A DNA stretch of 32,000 nucleotides from Nitrosopumilus maritimus SCM1 (lineage in GTDB: Archaea; Thermoproteota; Nitrososphaeria; Nitrososphaerales; Nitrosopumilaceae), in the NCBI RefSeq assembly GCF_000018465.1, contig NC_010085.1:1140001-1172000 (forward strand), given 5' to 3'. Positions 16,045-25,473 of the stretch are shown here, one piece after another. The notes under the pieces were generated by a model. It ran no database searches and was not told where the DNA came from. It saw only the letters and a program-made list of their open reading frames with translations. The position numbers and the translations under genes are program-made. Each line of letters begins with the position of its first letter. Within the stretch, counting starts at the first letter, position 1.

Positions 16045-16105
16045 TTATGAAAATGTGATATGATGCTGAAAAAGAATGAATAATGGGTAGTTGAGGCTAT
16101 TTTGT

Positions 16106-17467
16106 ATGAAATTTAGATTAGATCAAGACTCATTAGGAAAAGTCAAAATTCCATCAGACGCATATTATGGAGCATTTACTGGTAGAGCAATCAAACAGTA
16201 TCATGTTACTGGAAACACATCTCATGAGAATTTGATAAAGTCATTTGTTATGATTAAACGATCAGCTGCTGTTGCAAATATGAAGACAAAGGCAATTGAC
16301 ACAAAACGAGGAAAGGCAATTGTTTCAGCTTGTGACAAAATTTTGGCAGGAAAGCATGTTGATCAATTTGTTGTAGATATGATAAACTCTGGGGCAGGAA
16401 CCGCATTTAACATGAATTCAAATGAAGTCATTTCAAATGTTGCATTAGAAATACTGCGCAAAAAGAAAGGACAGTATGAGTTCTTACATCCAAATGATCA
16501 TGTCAATATGTCACAATCAAGTAATGATACATATCCAACTGCAATGCATGTTGCAATTTTGATGAATCTCAAAGAGACAATTCCTGCAATTGATATTCTG
16601 ATAAAGTCATTATCAAAGAAAGCAAAACAATTTTCATCATTTAAGAAAATTGGAAGAACACATCTTATGGATGCATTACCAGTAACTTTGGGAAGTGAGT
16701 TTGCAGCTTATGTTACATCTATTACTAAAGCAAGAAACGAACTTGTTGCATCACAAAAAGAATTACAAAATGTTGCACTTGGTGGAACTGCTGTTGGTTC
16801 TGGAGCTAATACACCAAAAGGTTACAGAAAAATTGCAATTGCAGAGCTTGGAAAAATTTCAAAATTACCATTAAGACCTGAAAAAGACATGCAACATGGA
16901 TTGCAAAGCAAGTACGCAGTTGCAAATTGTTCAGGTGCATTACGTAACTTGGCATTAGAAATTGGAAAACTTGCAAATGATATCAGACTAATGGCATCAG
17001 GTCCAATTGCAGGTTTGGCAGAAATTGGAATTCCTGCAGTTCATGCAGGCTCTTCAATCATGCCAGGCAAAGTAAACCCATCATTAGCTGAATGTATGAA
17101 TATGATTTGCTTTAATATCATTGGAAATGATACTGCAGTATCATATGCAGCACAAGGTGGACAGTTTGAGCTTAATGTCATGTTACCTGGAATGCTAAAG
17201 TGCATGCTAGAGTCAACAGACATGATAAAGAACTTCTTGCCAATATTTTCTGCAAATCTAATTGATGGACTTACTGCAAACAAAGACAAGCTACGTGCAG
17301 ACATTGAAAACAGTCCAGTGATTGTAACATTGCTGACTCCAAAGATTGGATATCTAAAATCTGCAGAACTTTTCAAAGAGTCATTAAAGACTGGAAAAAC
17401 TATCAGAGAACTAGTAGTTTCAAAGAAACTAATGACTAACAAAGAAATTGATTCTCTGTTTGGATAA
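16106..17467 (+). CDS. Aspartate ammonia-lyase / class II fumarate hydratase family lyase
   Basis: Signature GSSIMPGKVNP. The N-terminal DSLGKVKIPSDAYYGAFTGRA leans towards aspartase-like. SSNDTYPTA is also present. I prefer ATG 16106 over TTG 16091. Confidence 0.87.
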   Translation: MKFRLDQDSLGKVKIPSDAYYGAFTGRAIKQYHVTGNTSHENLIKSFVMIKRSAAVANMKTKAIDTKRGKAIVSACDKILAGKHVDQFVVDMINSGAGTAFNMNSNEVISNVALEILRKKKGQYEFLHPNDHVNMSQSSNDTYPTAMHVAILMNLKETIPAIDILIKSLSKKAKQFSSFKKIGRTHLMDALPVTLGSEFAAYVTSITKARNELVASQKELQNVALGGTAVGSGANTPKGYRKIAIAELGKISKLPLRPEKDMQHGLQSKYAVANCSGALRNLALEIGKLANDIRLMASGPIAGLAEIGIPAVHAGSSIMPGKVNPSLAECMNMICFNIIGNDTAVSYAAQGGQFELNVMLPGMLKCMLESTDMIKNFLPIFSANLIDGLTANKDKLRADIENSPVIVTLLTPKIGYLKSAELFKESLKTGKTIRELVVSKKLMTNKEIDSLFG

Positions 17468-17470
17468 AGT

Positions 17471-18739
17471 ATGGCAAAAATATTTGTAGAATCTTATGGA
17501 TGTTCTGCAAGCTTTGCAGACTCTGAAATGATTTCAGGATTAATTCTAAACGGAGGACATACTTTGGTAGAAGATTCTTCAGAATCAGATCTCAATGTTG
17601 TGGTAACATGTTCTGTAAAGGATGCGACTGCAAACAAGATGGTTCACAGAATAAAGTCACTAAAGACAAAGCCTCTAGTTGTGGCAGGATGTCTACCAAA
17701 GGCAGAAAAAGAAACTGTAGAAAAGTTTTCTGAAAATGCAAGTCTACTTGGTCCAAATTCTTTAGGAAAGACTCTCCAAGTTATTGATTCCACACTCAAA
17801 GGAAGGAAAAAGATTGCATTAGAAGACACTGATCTCTCAAAAGTTGGGCTGCCCAAAGTCAGATTGAATCCAGCAGTAGGAATAGTTGAAATTGCAAGTG
17901 GATGTATGAGTGAATGTACATTTTGTCAAACTAAGATTTCAAAAGGCGATCTTCAAAGCTACAGACTAGGAGACATTGTAAGACAAGTAAAGACAGAGAT
18001 CAATGAAGGATGTAAAGAAGTCTGGTTAACATCAACAGACAATGGATGTTATGGATTTGACATTGGAACAGATTTACCTTCTTTGATTAATGCAGTGTCA
18101 GAAATTCCTGAAGAGTTTATGATTAGAGTTGGAATGATGAATCCAATGTACATGCCACGAATCAAAGAAAAGTTAATTGAATCATATGATAATGACAAAG
18201 TCTTCAAGTTCCTACACATTCCAGTACAAAGTGGAAGTGACAAAGTTCTACATGACATGAAAAGAGGACATACTGCTGGAACCTTTAGGGAGATTGTAAA
18301 GAAAGCAAGAGAGAGATTCCCAGACTTTACCATTTCAACTGACATCATAGTTGGATTCCCATCAGAGACCAAAGAAGACTTTGAGAAAACAGTAGAACTG
18401 CTTGATGAGACAAGACCAGATGTTGTAAATCTCTCAAAATATAGCGCTAGGCCTGGAACAGAAGCTGCTGAATGGGAGCAAATTGATGTTGCAGAAGTAA
18501 AATCAAGAAGTAAGAGAATTTTTGAGCAGATCAACAAAATATCATTGGAGAACAACAAAAAGTGGATCGGTTGGAAAGGTGACGTTCTCTTTGATGAGCA
18601 GACAGATGAGGGAATCAAAGGTAGAAACTTTGCTTACAAGCCAGTCTTTGTCCCTGAACAAGTAGACATTGGTCAATTACATGCAGTTGAGATCATTGAT
18701 GCTACTCAAAATAGCCTTCTTGGAAAGATCGCAAGCTAA
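17471..18739 (+). CDS. Radical-SAM methylthiotransferase of the MiaB/MtaB (CDKAL1-like) family
   Basis: N-terminal MTTase block VESYGCSASFADSE, radical-SAM cluster GCMSECTFCQT (CxxxCxxC), and a C-terminal TRAM-like segment. Confidence 0.88.
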   Translation: MAKIFVESYGCSASFADSEMISGLILNGGHTLVEDSSESDLNVVVTCSVKDATANKMVHRIKSLKTKPLVVAGCLPKAEKETVEKFSENASLLGPNSLGKTLQVIDSTLKGRKKIALEDTDLSKVGLPKVRLNPAVGIVEIASGCMSECTFCQTKISKGDLQSYRLGDIVRQVKTEINEGCKEVWLTSTDNGCYGFDIGTDLPSLINAVSEIPEEFMIRVGMMNPMYMPRIKEKLIESYDNDKVFKFLHIPVQSGSDKVLHDMKRGHTAGTFREIVKKARERFPDFTISTDIIVGFPSETKEDFEKTVELLDETRPDVVNLSKYSARPGTEAAEWEQIDVAEVKSRSKRIFEQINKISLENNKKWIGWKGDVLFDEQTDEGIKGRNFAYKPVFVPEQVDIGQLHAVEIIDATQNSLLGKIAS

Positions 18740-18812
18740 ATTTTTTAGATCTAAAATTTGATTAAAAAAACGTAAGAAGGTTTTTTATGGAATTCAGAGA
18801 ATAGGATCTGAA

Positions 18813-19763
18813 ATGAGTTTTCAAGTAAAAGAACCAGTTTTAGTAGTAGGTCTTGGTGGTGCAGGCTCAAAACTAGCACTCAAAGCCAAAGATTCACTAA
18901 ATTCAGATTGTCTCTTAATCAGCAATGATTCAAAGGACTTTGCAGGAGATGTTCCTTCTGTGCATGTTTCAACAGATTCAGTAGTAAATCCATCAATGCA
19001 ATTAATCAGAGGCTCAACTTACAATGCTTCAGAAGAAATCAAATCAAAAATTTCAGGCTATTCAACTATTGTTATGATGAGTAATTTGGCTGGAAAAGCA
19101 GGCTCAGCAATGGCGCCGGTTGTATCAGAGATGTGCAAAGAATCAGACATCGGACTAGTTTCATTTGCAATTATGCCTTTCAAATATGAAAAAGACAGAA
19201 TTTTCAATTCAGGTGTATCACTAAAACGAGTTAGAGAAAACTCTGAATGCACTGTTGTGCTTGATAATGATTCATTATTAGAAAGCAATCCAGACTTGAC
19301 TCCAAAAGCATGCTATGATATTGCAAATTCTGCAATTATGCACGTAGTAGAGTCACTTGGAACCTCAGAAATGTCTCACGATACAAACATTCTCACTACA
19401 AGCAAGGAAGGACAAGATATTGAAGATTCTCTTAGAGATTCACTCAAAATGTTATATGAAAATGCTCCACCTAATGCAGTAAAACGCTCAATGCTTTATG
19501 TTGTTGGAGGAAGCAATATTCCAGTAGGAGTACTAAATTCTATTACCAATCTTACAAGTGGAATTCTAGGTGAAAGTAATTCACAAATTGACATGACATC
19601 AGAACATGAAGAATCCAAAGTAGTAATGCTATCATCCATTCAAGGAATGACTAAATTTGATAACTATGATCCTCTTGGAATGATTCCACAAGAAGATACA
19701 CTTGATTGGTCTACACCAGACTGTAGTATTGATTGTGAATTAGACTTATACCAATTAGAATAA
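18813..19763 (+). CDS. Divergent FtsZ/tubulin-like protein with a degenerate GTP-binding signature
   Basis: VVGLGGAGSKLAL resembles the FtsZ N-terminal G-box. NLAGKAGSAMAPVV occupies the place of GMGGGTGTGAAPV. VVLDNDSLL resembles the IPND block. Confidence 0.72.
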   Translation: MSFQVKEPVLVVGLGGAGSKLALKAKDSLNSDCLLISNDSKDFAGDVPSVHVSTDSVVNPSMQLIRGSTYNASEEIKSKISGYSTIVMMSNLAGKAGSAMAPVVSEMCKESDIGLVSFAIMPFKYEKDRIFNSGVSLKRVRENSECTVVLDNDSLLESNPDLTPKACYDIANSAIMHVVESLGTSEMSHDTNILTTSKEGQDIEDSLRDSLKMLYENAPPNAVKRSMLYVVGGSNIPVGVLNSITNLTSGILGESNSQIDMTSEHEESKVVMLSSIQGMTKFDNYDPLGMIPQEDTLDWSTPDCSIDCELDLYQLE

Positions 19764-19768
19764 AATAA

Positions 19769-19791
19769 TTTTTTTAAAATTATAATTTTTT
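19769..19791 (+). terminator. Oligo-T tracts (T7 and T6) between convergent genes; candidate archaeal terminator
   Basis: TTTTTTT at 19769-19775 and TTTTTT at 19786-19791, directly after the stop at 19761-19763. Confidence 0.35.
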
Positions 19792-19799
19792 GAAAGAGT

Positions 19800-20363
19800 T
19801 TATTCTTTTTCTGCTTTCTTTGGTTTTTCAGAAGGTGCTTCTTTAGTTGGTTCTTCTACTTTGTCTTCAACTTTAGGTTCTTCTTTTGCTGGTGCCTCTT
19901 CTTTCTTTGGTTCTTCTTTAGATGGTTTCTCTTCTTTTGCTGGTGCCTCTTCTTTAGTTGGTTCTTCTACTTCAGCCTCGACTTTAGTTTCTGCTTCTGG
20001 TTCTTCTACTTCTGCTTCAACTTTAGTTTCTTCCTTAGTTGGCTCTTCTACTTTGTCTTCAACTTTTGGAGTTTCTTTTTCAGGTGTTACTTTAGATTCA
20101 ATTTCTTCTTCATATGGAGAAACAAGAACATAGCCTTCATCGGTCTTGCTCATTCTAACTCTAATCTTTCTTGGAGGACTTCGAATTCCTTTTGCCCAAA
20201 TTTGGTGAGCTAAATCTTCTTCAATTTTAATATCTTCAACTTTCATGTGATGACGAGCAAATTCTTTGATCATATTGATTGCTCTAACTGCTCTGTGTTG
20301 TGACTGAGAGAGTAATACTTTACCAAGTGGAATTGTGTAAACGCGTTCTAATTCTTGAGACAT
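19800..20363 (-). CDS. rpl31e: 50S ribosomal protein L31e with a ~100-aa Lys/Glu/Pro-rich C-terminal extension
   Basis: The core ERVYTIPLGK...RAINMIKEFARHHMKV...IWAKGIRSPPRKIRVRM is L31e. The tail contains the repeats PKVEDKVEEPTKE (x2), TKVEAEVEEP (x2) and KEEAPAKEE (x2). Confidence 0.88.
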   Translation of the reverse strand: MSQELERVYTIPLGKVLLSQSQHRAVRAINMIKEFARHHMKVEDIKIEEDLAHQIWAKGIRSPPRKIRVRMSKTDEGYVLVSPYEEEIESKVTPEKETPKVEDKVEEPTKEETKVEAEVEEPEAETKVEAEVEEPTKEEAPAKEEKPSKEEPKKEEAPAKEEPKVEDKVEEPTKEAPSEKPKKAEKE

Positions 20364-20522
20364 CTATCCTACCTCCACATCAGTTGATCTCCAAGCTCTA
20401 CGTTTTGGATTAGTTCTTACACTTCTCTTTGTTTTGAGAATAATCCATGCAGGTACTGGTGATGCCTGTTTTGTTTTCTTTAACAGACGAATCTTCCTTG
20501 GAGAGGACTTACGAGCAGCCAT
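20364..20522 (-). CDS. rpl39e: 50S ribosomal protein L39e (52 aa, below the ORF-track cutoff)
   Basis: Translation: MAARKSSPRKIRLLKKTKQASPVPAWIILKTKRSVRTNPKRRAWRSTDVEVG. The PxPxWI..KT....N.KRR.WRR pattern is typical of L39e. Its stop abuts the rpl31e ATG with no gap. Confidence 0.85.
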   Translation of the reverse strand: MAARKSSPRKIRLLKKTKQASPVPAWIILKTKRSVRTNPKRRAWRSTDVEVG

Positions 20523-20559
20523 AGATTTTCAGGCACGCGGAGCTCTTTTTAAATGAATC

Positions 20560-21111
20560 TCAGGATTTTAAGCCACTTTGCATCTGTTTTAGGATTCTAG
20601 CAGAGGCTCCCCAGACAATTTGATTCTGATACTCAAATGTATACATTTCTTGTATTTTGTTATGAGAAGGATCAGGATCTTTGGCCATGGTTTTCAAAAA
20701 CGATTCTAACGGAATATGAAAAATTTTTTCAACTTCACAATTTGCAGATAGTTTTGAAATTTCACGTAGTACAGAGATAAAAGGCAAAATAAGAAAACCA
20801 GAATTCAATGTTATTACAGGATCTAATTGTCCAATGACTTGGTCTCGTGTAATAGTTAAACCAATTTCTTCACTTGTTTCACGTAATGCAGTATCCAAAA
20901 GATCCGAATCAGCAGGATCTAATTTTCCACCAGGGAATGAAATTTCACCTGCATGGAATTTCATGTCTTTTGGTTTTTCTGTCATCACAACCATTGGTTC
21001 TTCTCCATAAACTACAACAAGAACAGATGCCAAACGATATTTTCCAGTGTTTTCCAATACAGGATCAATTGGAGTAGAAAATATAGATTGTATTTGTTCT
21101 AAATTCAACAT
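20560..21111 (-). CDS. NUDIX hydrolase, CoA-pyrophosphatase-like
   Basis: Nudix box FPGGKLDPADSDLLDTALRETSEEIGL. Confidence 0.85.
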   Translation of the reverse strand: MLNLEQIQSIFSTPIDPVLENTGKYRLASVLVVVYGEEPMVVMTEKPKDMKFHAGEISFPGGKLDPADSDLLDTALRETSEEIGLTITRDQVIGQLDPVITLNSGFLILPFISVLREISKLSANCEVEKIFHIPLESFLKTMAKDPDPSHNKIQEMYTFEYQNQIVWGASARILKQMQSGLKS

Positions 21112-21180
21112 TATTGTCCCACTTTTCCATATGGGTTTTGGTATTCAAAGGTTTTAACCAAGGATGCAAAAAATGACAAT

Positions 21181-21918
21181 ATGACAATCAGGTATGAAGC
21201 TAATCCACCTAAAATTTTACCTGATGTAGATACTGATCAATCAATAAAGAAATTCATTGAAAGGATAAAAGATATTTCAAAAAAATGCGATGCAATTCAT
21301 CTTACAGAAAATGTGTTAGGATTTCAGAGAGTTTCTCCACTAGAAGTAGGAAAAATAATAAAAAAAGAAATTCCAGATTTACCAATTACAGTAAGTTTAC
21401 GAGTCAGAGATAAATCCGAAGAAGAAATTTCAGAGTTTGTTGAGAATTGTATTAACATTGGCTTTTCAGGAATCCTAGTTTTGATGGGAGATCCTTCACA
21501 AACAGGAAAAACAGATTCAGGGCAGATTCCAAGTTTGACTGTAAAAAAATTAAAAGAAAAAAATGTAGATTCAAAAATTGATTTGTATCTTTCAGTATCA
21601 AACAAACCAAATTTCTCTAAACTTGGAAAGAAGAAAGATGCAAAACCAAAAGGGTTCATGACTCAAGTAGTTCAAAATGTAGAACAAGTACAGACATTAG
21701 CAGATAATCTGAAGGAATTTTCAGTCATTCCAATCATACTATTTCCTTCACAAAAAAATGAGAAATCCGCAGAATTTTTGGATTTAGATTTAGAATCATA
21801 CAGCCAAGAATTTGAAGAGTTGTTGAAAAAAGCACATGAGATTACAGGTGATGTCTTGCTAACATCACCAAATGATTTTACAGGATTAAACGAATTTTTG
21901 AGTAAAACAAGTTTCTAA
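21181..21918 (+). CDS. Short, divergent methylenetetrahydrofolate reductase (MetF)-like protein
   Basis: Blocks are collinear with MetF: YEANPPK (FEFFPPR), IHLTEN (VSVTYG), VSLRVRD (HLTCID), ILVLMGD (IVALRGD), FMTQVV (ITQFFF). It converges on metH. Confidence 0.62.
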   Translation: MTIRYEANPPKILPDVDTDQSIKKFIERIKDISKKCDAIHLTENVLGFQRVSPLEVGKIIKKEIPDLPITVSLRVRDKSEEEISEFVENCINIGFSGILVLMGDPSQTGKTDSGQIPSLTVKKLKEKNVDSKIDLYLSVSNKPNFSKLGKKKDAKPKGFMTQVVQNVEQVQTLADNLKEFSVIPIILFPSQKNEKSAEFLDLDLESYSQEFEELLKKAHEITGDVLLTSPNDFTGLNEFLSKTSF

Positions 21919-24413
21919 AGTACAAAGTACTGTGCTTTAGGATGATGTACAACTATAGCAGCAGTTGATTGCTCAGGAATTATTTGACCTGATTCAGTTA
22001 ATTCCATTCCAGATTTTTGTGGTTCCAAGAGTTTCCATACCAATTGATGTTGCAATACATCAGGACAGCTAGGGAAACCCCAAGAATATCTCAAACCACC
22101 TGCATCTAAATTCAATTCAGATTTTATTTTGCGATTAATCCATTCAGCTAATGCTTCTGCAACTTCAACTGCCAATCCATGAAGATAGTATGCATCAGTG
22201 TACTTGTCCTCTTTATTCCATTGTTCGATAATATCTGCAACTTTGTTACCAACTGTTACAGCTTGAAATGCAACAACATCATCATCACCAAAATAATCAG
22301 TTAAACATAGATGTTCAGGTTTAGTAGAACGAGGAAAATCAAAGGATACATCATCGCCACGAGGATTTTCTACAGATAGTTTTCCATCCTTGTTGTGACA
22401 TTTGAAATAGCCATAAACTACTTCGGGTTCAAACAGTTTTTCTCGAATTATTCTAATCTTCCATTGACTAAGCAGTTGTTCGTGATCAGCCTCTGATTCA
22501 GAGCCTGCTTTACCTCTTAGTCCCCATGAAAGCTTGAAGAGGGATTTCTTGTCAATTAGTTGCCATACTTCATCCATCTTGATTTGTTCTCCTTTGAGAC
22601 GAATAGGTTCACCAATAGTTGTTGGAGTAGGTGCTTGTACAGGTTTGATGTCACTTTTTGGTAGACTGGCAGGATCAACAGTTGCAGTAGATTTTTCTTT
22701 CCAGTTTTCTAATTTTTCTTTCCATTCTGCTAACAATTTTGGTTTTTCATCAGAGATCAATGTGTCCATTGTTTTTAGACCTTCAAACATTGTATTACAA
22801 TAAAAGACACCAGGCTCATAGATTCCATCTTCTTTTGCAATACGATTAATGTAATTGCTGTTAATTGCAGCACCACCACATAGAATTGGAATATTCATCT
22901 TGTTTTTTCTTGCATGTTCTACAAAGAATTGCATTTGTTTTGAAGTAGAAACTAGTAATGCAGAAAGCCCAATTGCATCAGGATTTACTTCATCAATTTT
23001 CTCAAGGAATTTTTGCAGTGGAACTTGTTTTCCAAGATCATAAACAGTATAACCATTATTTTGAAAGATAGTCTTTACCAAATTCTTCCCAATATCATGA
23101 ACATCACCATATACAGTTCCTAAAACCAGTTTTCCTTTGCTAGAGCCTTCTTCTTTGACCAAATACTTTTCAAGTTCACCAACAGCTGCTTTCATACATT
23201 CAGCAGATTTCAAAACAAATGGAAGGATTAATTCTCCTGCTCCAAATTTATCACCTACTTCTTTCATTGCAGGTAACAAGTCTTCATTGAGAGTTCTAAT
23301 TGCACCATCATGAGTTTCTTCAGGAGGAGCATCAAGTGAAAGAACACCATCAGTATCCTTTAGAATTTCATTTTTTCCAACTTTATCAGCAATTGCAGAT
23401 ACAACATCATTTTCTATTCCATCCTTGAGTCTGTTTACGATTCTAAAGTTGGCCTTCTTTCCTGCAGGCCAAGATGGGTCTACATCAACTTTCTTTGATG
23501 CAGTACTAGTTTGAGGTCCTGCATTCTCAAAGTATGTGATTAGTTCAGATAAGGCATTAGGATGAGTGTTAAAGATTAGATCTTCGGCAAGTTTTCTTTC
23601 CTTCTCATCAATCTCTCCATAAGGAATTATCTCTTTTGCATTAACAATTGCAGTATCAAGACCTGACTTTATTGCATGATGTAGAAATACAGAGTTTAGA
23701 ATTTTTCTAGCATAAGGAACCAGTCCAAAACTAATGTTACTTAGACCCAAGGTAGTAAAAGATTCAGGGTATTTTTCTTTGACTAGTCGAATTCCTTCAA
23801 GAGTATTTTTTCCTGCTTCAAGAAATTCGTCCTCGCCAGTTGCAAGTGTAAATGTAAGAACATCAAAGATAAATTGTTCAATTTTTAATCCATATTTTTT
23901 ACCAGTTTCAAAAAGTAATTCAGCTGTCTCTAGTTTTTGTTGAGGAGTCTTTGCCATTCCGTTTGGTCCAATGCATAATGCTATTGCAGGTAAACCATAC
24001 TTTGCCATAATTGGTGCAAGTTTTTCAAATCTACTTCCATCACCTTCAAGATTAATAGAATTGATTATTGGTCTTCCTGGAATCTGTTTTACAGATGCAT
24101 CAATTACATCTGGATCAGTTGAATCAATTACTAATGGTGCATCAACTTCCAAGCTCAAACGCTTTACTAGATTTAGCATGAAATCTTTTTCATCAGCACG
24201 TTCAGTTGTTGCAACACATACATCAAGACAATGTGCTCCATCCTCAACTTGAGTTCTACCTAAATCAACTAGACCGTCATAATCATCTGCAAGAACCAGT
24301 TGTTTTGCCTTACGAGAACCTTGTGTATTGATTCTCTCTCCAATGATTAGCGGGGCAGGAATTTGTTTTAGATCAACTGCCTTTAATGCAGAACTTACTC
24401 TAGGTGTAGTCAA
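21915..24413 (-). CDS. metH: Cobalamin-dependent methionine synthase, large subunit (pterin-binding + B12-binding + AdoMet-reactivation domains)
   Basis: Pterin block IIGERINTQGSRK. B12 motif GDVHDIGKN...SALL...CGGAAI. Reactivation block LRYSWGFPSCPD. The TTG start at 24413 is the only start that keeps the pterin domain. Confidence 0.92.
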   Translation of the reverse strand: MTTPRVSSALKAVDLKQIPAPLIIGERINTQGSRKAKQLVLADDYDGLVDLGRTQVEDGAHCLDVCVATTERADEKDFMLNLVKRLSLEVDAPLVIDSTDPDVIDASVKQIPGRPIINSINLEGDGSRFEKLAPIMAKYGLPAIALCIGPNGMAKTPQQKLETAELLFETGKKYGLKIEQFIFDVLTFTLATGEDEFLEAGKNTLEGIRLVKEKYPESFTTLGLSNISFGLVPYARKILNSVFLHHAIKSGLDTAIVNAKEIIPYGEIDEKERKLAEDLIFNTHPNALSELITYFENAGPQTSTASKKVDVDPSWPAGKKANFRIVNRLKDGIENDVVSAIADKVGKNEILKDTDGVLSLDAPPEETHDGAIRTLNEDLLPAMKEVGDKFGAGELILPFVLKSAECMKAAVGELEKYLVKEEGSSKGKLVLGTVYGDVHDIGKNLVKTIFQNNGYTVYDLGKQVPLQKFLEKIDEVNPDAIGLSALLVSTSKQMQFFVEHARKNKMNIPILCGGAAINSNYINRIAKEDGIYEPGVFYCNTMFEGLKTMDTLISDEKPKLLAEWKEKLENWKEKSTATVDPASLPKSDIKPVQAPTPTTIGEPIRLKGEQIKMDEVWQLIDKKSLFKLSWGLRGKAGSESEADHEQLLSQWKIRIIREKLFEPEVVYGYFKCHNKDGKLSVENPRGDDVSFDFPRSTKPEHLCLTDYFGDDDVVAFQAVTVGNKVADIIEQWNKEDKYTDAYYLHGLAVEVAEALAEWINRKIKSELNLDAGGLRYSWGFPSCPDVLQHQLVWKLLEPQKSGMELTESGQIIPEQSTAAIVVHHPKAQYFVL

Positions 24414-24445
24414 TAGTGTAAAATCATCTCGGTTTTTCTAAATAC

Positions 24446-25408
24446 TTAACCCTCGACAGAGTTGGCTTTTTCGTCAATTACTTTTCTTAGAACTTTGATG
24501 TGTTCAGGATTTGTTCCACAGCAGCCTCCAATTATTCGTACCTTTTTGTATTGATTAAGAAAATCACCTAATGCATCACCCATCTTCTCAGGAGTCATCT
24601 TGTAGACTGCCTGACCTCCCTCGTTTTCAGGCATTCCAGCATTTGGAACCACCAAAATATTATGTTCATTTTGCTCATCAAGCCATCTCACACTGGGTGT
24701 CATCTCAATTGGACCAGTAGAACAATTCATTCCAAAGACATCAATTCCCATATCAGAAACAGTAGTATATGCAGCTTGGATGTTTGTTCCAAGTAACATT
24801 TTGCCGTATTGATCTAGTGTGGTATTTGCAATTATTGGAATCTTCTTTCCAGTTTTCTCCATTGCTTGATGACATGCTTCAATTACTAATTTTACTTCTA
24901 AAATATCCTGACTTGTTTCGATTAATAATGCATCAACTCCGCCAAGAATTAGTCCTTCTGCTTGTAGCTCAAATGCTTCTTTAATTTCATCAAGTGGTTT
25001 TTGTCCTAAATCAGGATCATTTGAGCTTGGTAAAAATCCGGATGGCCCCATAGAACCAATCACATATCGAGGTCTGTCTGAATATTCTTGACATACTTCA
25101 GATGCAAGTTGTGCAATCTTTTTGTTAAATTCAATTGTTTGATCACCAAAACCATATTCATCTAGTTTAATTTTGTTGGAACCAAAAGAGTTTGTTTCAA
25201 TACAATCAGCTCCTGCATCCAGATAATGTCTATGAATTTGTTTAATCCAATCAGGTCGAGTTACAACTAAGCCATCATTGAATCCATCTTGATTGTTTGG
25301 AAAGTCTTCTGGTTTTGGATTGAACTTTTGTATTTCAGTTCCCATTGCACCATCAAAAAGCAAAACTCTGTTTTGCAATGCATCCAAAAATGGTTCTTTT
25401 TCAGTCAA
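24446..25408 (-). CDS. Homocysteine S-methyltransferase domain protein (separate Hcy-binding module of split MetH)
   Basis: LLFDGAMGTE. Zn-ligand contexts MNCSTGP and GGCCGTNPEHI. TTG start at 25408. It lies 32 nt upstream of the metH large ORF. Confidence 0.9.
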   Translation of the reverse strand: MTEKEPFLDALQNRVLLFDGAMGTEIQKFNPKPEDFPNNQDGFNDGLVVTRPDWIKQIHRHYLDAGADCIETNSFGSNKIKLDEYGFGDQTIEFNKKIAQLASEVCQEYSDRPRYVIGSMGPSGFLPSSNDPDLGQKPLDEIKEAFELQAEGLILGGVDALLIETSQDILEVKLVIEACHQAMEKTGKKIPIIANTTLDQYGKMLLGTNIQAAYTTVSDMGIDVFGMNCSTGPIEMTPSVRWLDEQNEHNILVVPNAGMPENEGGQAVYKMTPEKMGDALGDFLNQYKKVRIIGGCCGTNPEHIKVLRKVIDEKANSVEG

Positions 25409-25473
25409 TTTAATTTCAAAATGAATCTGTACAGTTTAACTCTTTTCAGAAAAAACCACCAACTGTAGTAGTA

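Noticed and set aside
18049-18618. A 189-aa ORF antisense to the methylthiotransferase gene (also 17041-17442 antisense to the lyase gene)
   Set aside because: Both are embedded entirely opposite strongly motif-supported genes. Their translations are Ser/Leu-rich low-complexity sequence with no motifs.
19861-20133. A 90-aa Ser-rich ORF on the plus strand
   Set aside because: It is the complement of the K/E-rich L31e tail codons, so it is a compositional artefact.
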